In this document: piece by piece, positions 62,194 to 64,000 of the stretch
Numbering within the stretch: position 1 is the first letter of the stretch
How the letters are laid out: every line of letters begins with the position of its first letter
Source: Pseudogracilibacillus sp.
GTDB lineage: Bacteria > Bacillota > Bacilli > Bacillales > Amphibacillaceae
NCBI GenBank assembly: GCA_035301305.1
Contig: DATGUO010000055.1
Location: 23,779 to 87,778, forward strand
Length of the DNA stretch: 64,000 nucleotides
Direction of reading: 5' to 3'
Notes under the pieces: model-generated
Databases searched by the model: none
What the model saw: the letters and a program-made list of their open reading frames with translations, nothing else
What the model was told of the DNA's origin: nothing
Translations under genes and position numbers: made by a program

Positions 62194-62952
62194 TTATTTT
62201 TTATGTTTTTTCTTGATAAATTGCAACGGGGTTACTTTTTTTCCTTTTTTGAAATATTGGCTGAAGTGGCTTGCATTGCGAAAGCCAAATTTTTTTCTTA
62301 CTTCACTTAACGATTTATTGGTATGCGTTAATTCATAAACTATTTCATCCAATTTTTTATGGTAAATGTATTGTGATACAGATTGACCGATCTCCATCAT
62401 AAATAGATTTCTAAGATATGTCGTCGATATGTTTAATTCTTCTGCTAGCCAGGAGACGTTCAAGCGATGTTCGGTGACATTATGCTGGATAATTTGAAGA
62501 GCTTTTTCTACGTATGGATTATGTGAAACAAAAGGATTCATTTCGTTAAGCGTCTTCACTTGCTCAACGAACCAGGGAACAGCAAGTAAATACTCTGTTA
62601 AGGTATTCCACGATTCAATGTAAGAAATCGAACGATAAGCGAATACGAGGGAACGATGGGATAGTCGTTCTTTCTGGACTAATGTACTAATAATATTTGA
62701 CATAACACTGGTGAAATACGTCCGAACGACAAATAGTTGAATAGACTCCTCCATATCTATTAATTCTTGACAGAAATCTTCCAGTATTTTTTCTATGTCT
62801 GCAAATTCTCTGTTTCTTATACAGGAATACATTTTTTGTTCCGTAAGGGCTAACATTTCTTCTAATTCAAATGTTTCTAACATTTCTGCATACCGCTCGT
62901 ATTTAAGCTGATTTGTTAACATATATTCACTCACCGCCCTTTTTATTCTCAT
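62194..62952 (-). CDS. AraC-family transcriptional regulator
   Basis: 252 aa with a C-terminal AraC HTH (LAEELNISTTYLRNLF...FGFRNASHFSQYFKK). Confidence 0.85.
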   Translation of the reverse strand: MRIKRAVSEYMLTNQLKYERYAEMLETFELEEMLALTEQKMYSCIRNREFADIEKILEDFCQELIDMEESIQLFVVRTYFTSVMSNIISTLVQKERLSHRSLVFAYRSISYIESWNTLTEYLLAVPWFVEQVKTLNEMNPFVSHNPYVEKALQIIQHNVTEHRLNVSWLAEELNISTTYLRNLFMMEIGQSVSQYIYHKKLDEIVYELTHTNKSLSEVRKKFGFRNASHFSQYFKKGKKVTPLQFIKKKHKK

Positions 62953-63353
62953 GTATTAGAATTAGCAACGACAATGACGGGGATATAAGCTATTCTCATG
63001 GCTATAAAGGTCGTTTTTTCATAATACAGTAATATGCAGTAAGTATTTTTTAGGCATCTACACCTTCCATAGATAAAGATTCGTTTAAAGGATATGGAGA
63101 CGTCGTTTGCTTTACACTTCTAAACACATCCTAGTACAAAACACAGTGAGGGATGTTTCTTTTCAAGATAAATTTATTGTGATTTAAAACATTATTGTCA
63201 CAAAGTTGTGAATCTTCAGTTTTCAGACTAGTACTCAATTACTTATTATACATCATTTTATTTAAAAATCCATAATTTTACATTTTTTTATTTTCTTCCA
63301 CCTTATTTACTTGTTTGATATACTTAAAGTGTTAAGTAAATGGAGGGAAGAAT

Positions 63354-63833
63354 ATGTTTCAACAAACATTATATACAGGAGAACGGACAGAACAATATGA
63401 GCAGGTCATTCAGCAATTAGCTGCCCTGCTTGAAGGTGAAACGAATCAAATTGCTAATTTAAGTAATGCATCTGCATTGCTGAATCAGTTCTTAGAACGA
63501 ATTAATTGGGTAGGATTTTATTTATTAGAACACGATGAATTAGTACTCGGTCCTTTTCAAGGGCTTCCTGCTTGTATACGTATCCCCATGGGGCAAGGCG
63601 TGTGCGGCACAGCTGCGGAAAAGAGAACTTCTGTTGTCGTAAAAGATGTCAACACTTTTTCAGGTCATATTGCTTGTGACCCGCAATCGCAATCAGAAGT
63701 GGTTATTCCTATGATTAAAGACGGAAAATTACTCGGTGTACTGGATATTGACAGTCCGGAAACTGACCGCTTTGATGAGTTGGATAAGACATATTTAGAA
63801 AAATTTGTGACCGCCTTATTGTCGTTTTTATAA
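63354..63833 (+). CDS. ytsP: GAF-domain protein, free methionine-(R)-sulfoxide reductase family (YtsP/MsrC-like)
   Basis: 159 aa with WVGFYL...LGPFQG.PAC..I..GQGVCG...GHIACD..S.SE.V.P. The RBS is GGAGGGAAG. Confidence 0.82.
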   Translation: MFQQTLYTGERTEQYEQVIQQLAALLEGETNQIANLSNASALLNQFLERINWVGFYLLEHDELVLGPFQGLPACIRIPMGQGVCGTAAEKRTSVVVKDVNTFSGHIACDPQSQSEVVIPMIKDGKLLGVLDIDSPETDRFDELDKTYLEKFVTALLSFL

Positions 63834-63863
63834 TTTTTTGTTCTTTTAATGACCTTTTAAAAT

Positions 63864-63901
63864 CCTCTTTTCTCAACAAATGTTAAGAAAAGAGGTTTTT
63901 A
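63864..63901 (+). terminator. Terminator after the GAF gene
   Basis: Stem cctcttttct / agaaaagagg plus T5. Confidence 0.85.
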
Positions 63902-63940
63902 ATGTATCTAAACCAGTAATCATCAGCTCTCACCTTGCCG

Positions 63941-64000
63941 TTAAGGAAGTTGATTCCCAGCTGCTTGATACAGTTCATACCATTCCACACGAGATAATTC
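63941..64000 (-). CDS. 3' end of an unidentified minus-strand ORF running off the window
   Basis: The frame is open to the window edge (…ELSRVEWYELYQAAGNQLP*). It is too short to identify. Confidence 0.25.
   Translation of the reverse strand, partial: ELSRVEWYELYQAAGNQLP

Overview
The window is a low-GC Firmicute chromosomal segment. Its gene content and order match the Bacillus subtilis ysdC-rplT...ezrA-rpsD region. Almost every gene is on the minus strand.

Roughly 1-47.2 kb is conserved housekeeping:
- Translation and replication: M42 aminopeptidase, the infC-rpmI-rplT operon (ATT start, L20-type leader), thrS with a Thr T-box, dnaI, dnaB, nrdR, dnaE, nrnA.
- DNA repair and phosphate sensing: mutM, polA, phoPR.
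- Central metabolism: gapB, coaE, icd, citZ, pyk, pfkA, accDA, malic enzyme, ald, ackA.
- Others: ytoI, tpx, thiI, a cysteine desulfurase, ezrA and a RefZ-like TetR regulator.

Between that regulator and rpsD sits a ~13 kb, visibly more A+T-rich glycan-biosynthesis island (47.3-60.5 kb). It encodes a priming sugar transferase, a fused Wzz/BY-kinase, GT4 and GT2 glycosyltransferases, an epimerase, a Wzx flippase, an EpsG-type polymerase, an O-antigen-ligase-like protein, a deacetylase, two tandem FemAB-like transferases and an orphan NarL-type regulator.

The most unusual items are:
- a ~51-nt tandem repeat array in the thrS-infC spacer;
- the deacetylase/FemAB-like/ligase module of the island;
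- a ~50-nt conserved motif recurring in at least three intergenic regions;
- a frameshifted BASS transporter.

I found no rRNA, tRNA, CRISPR, IS element or integrase. All calls come from reading the sequence and the ORF translations by eye. No database search, HMM scan, folding or GC calculation was run.
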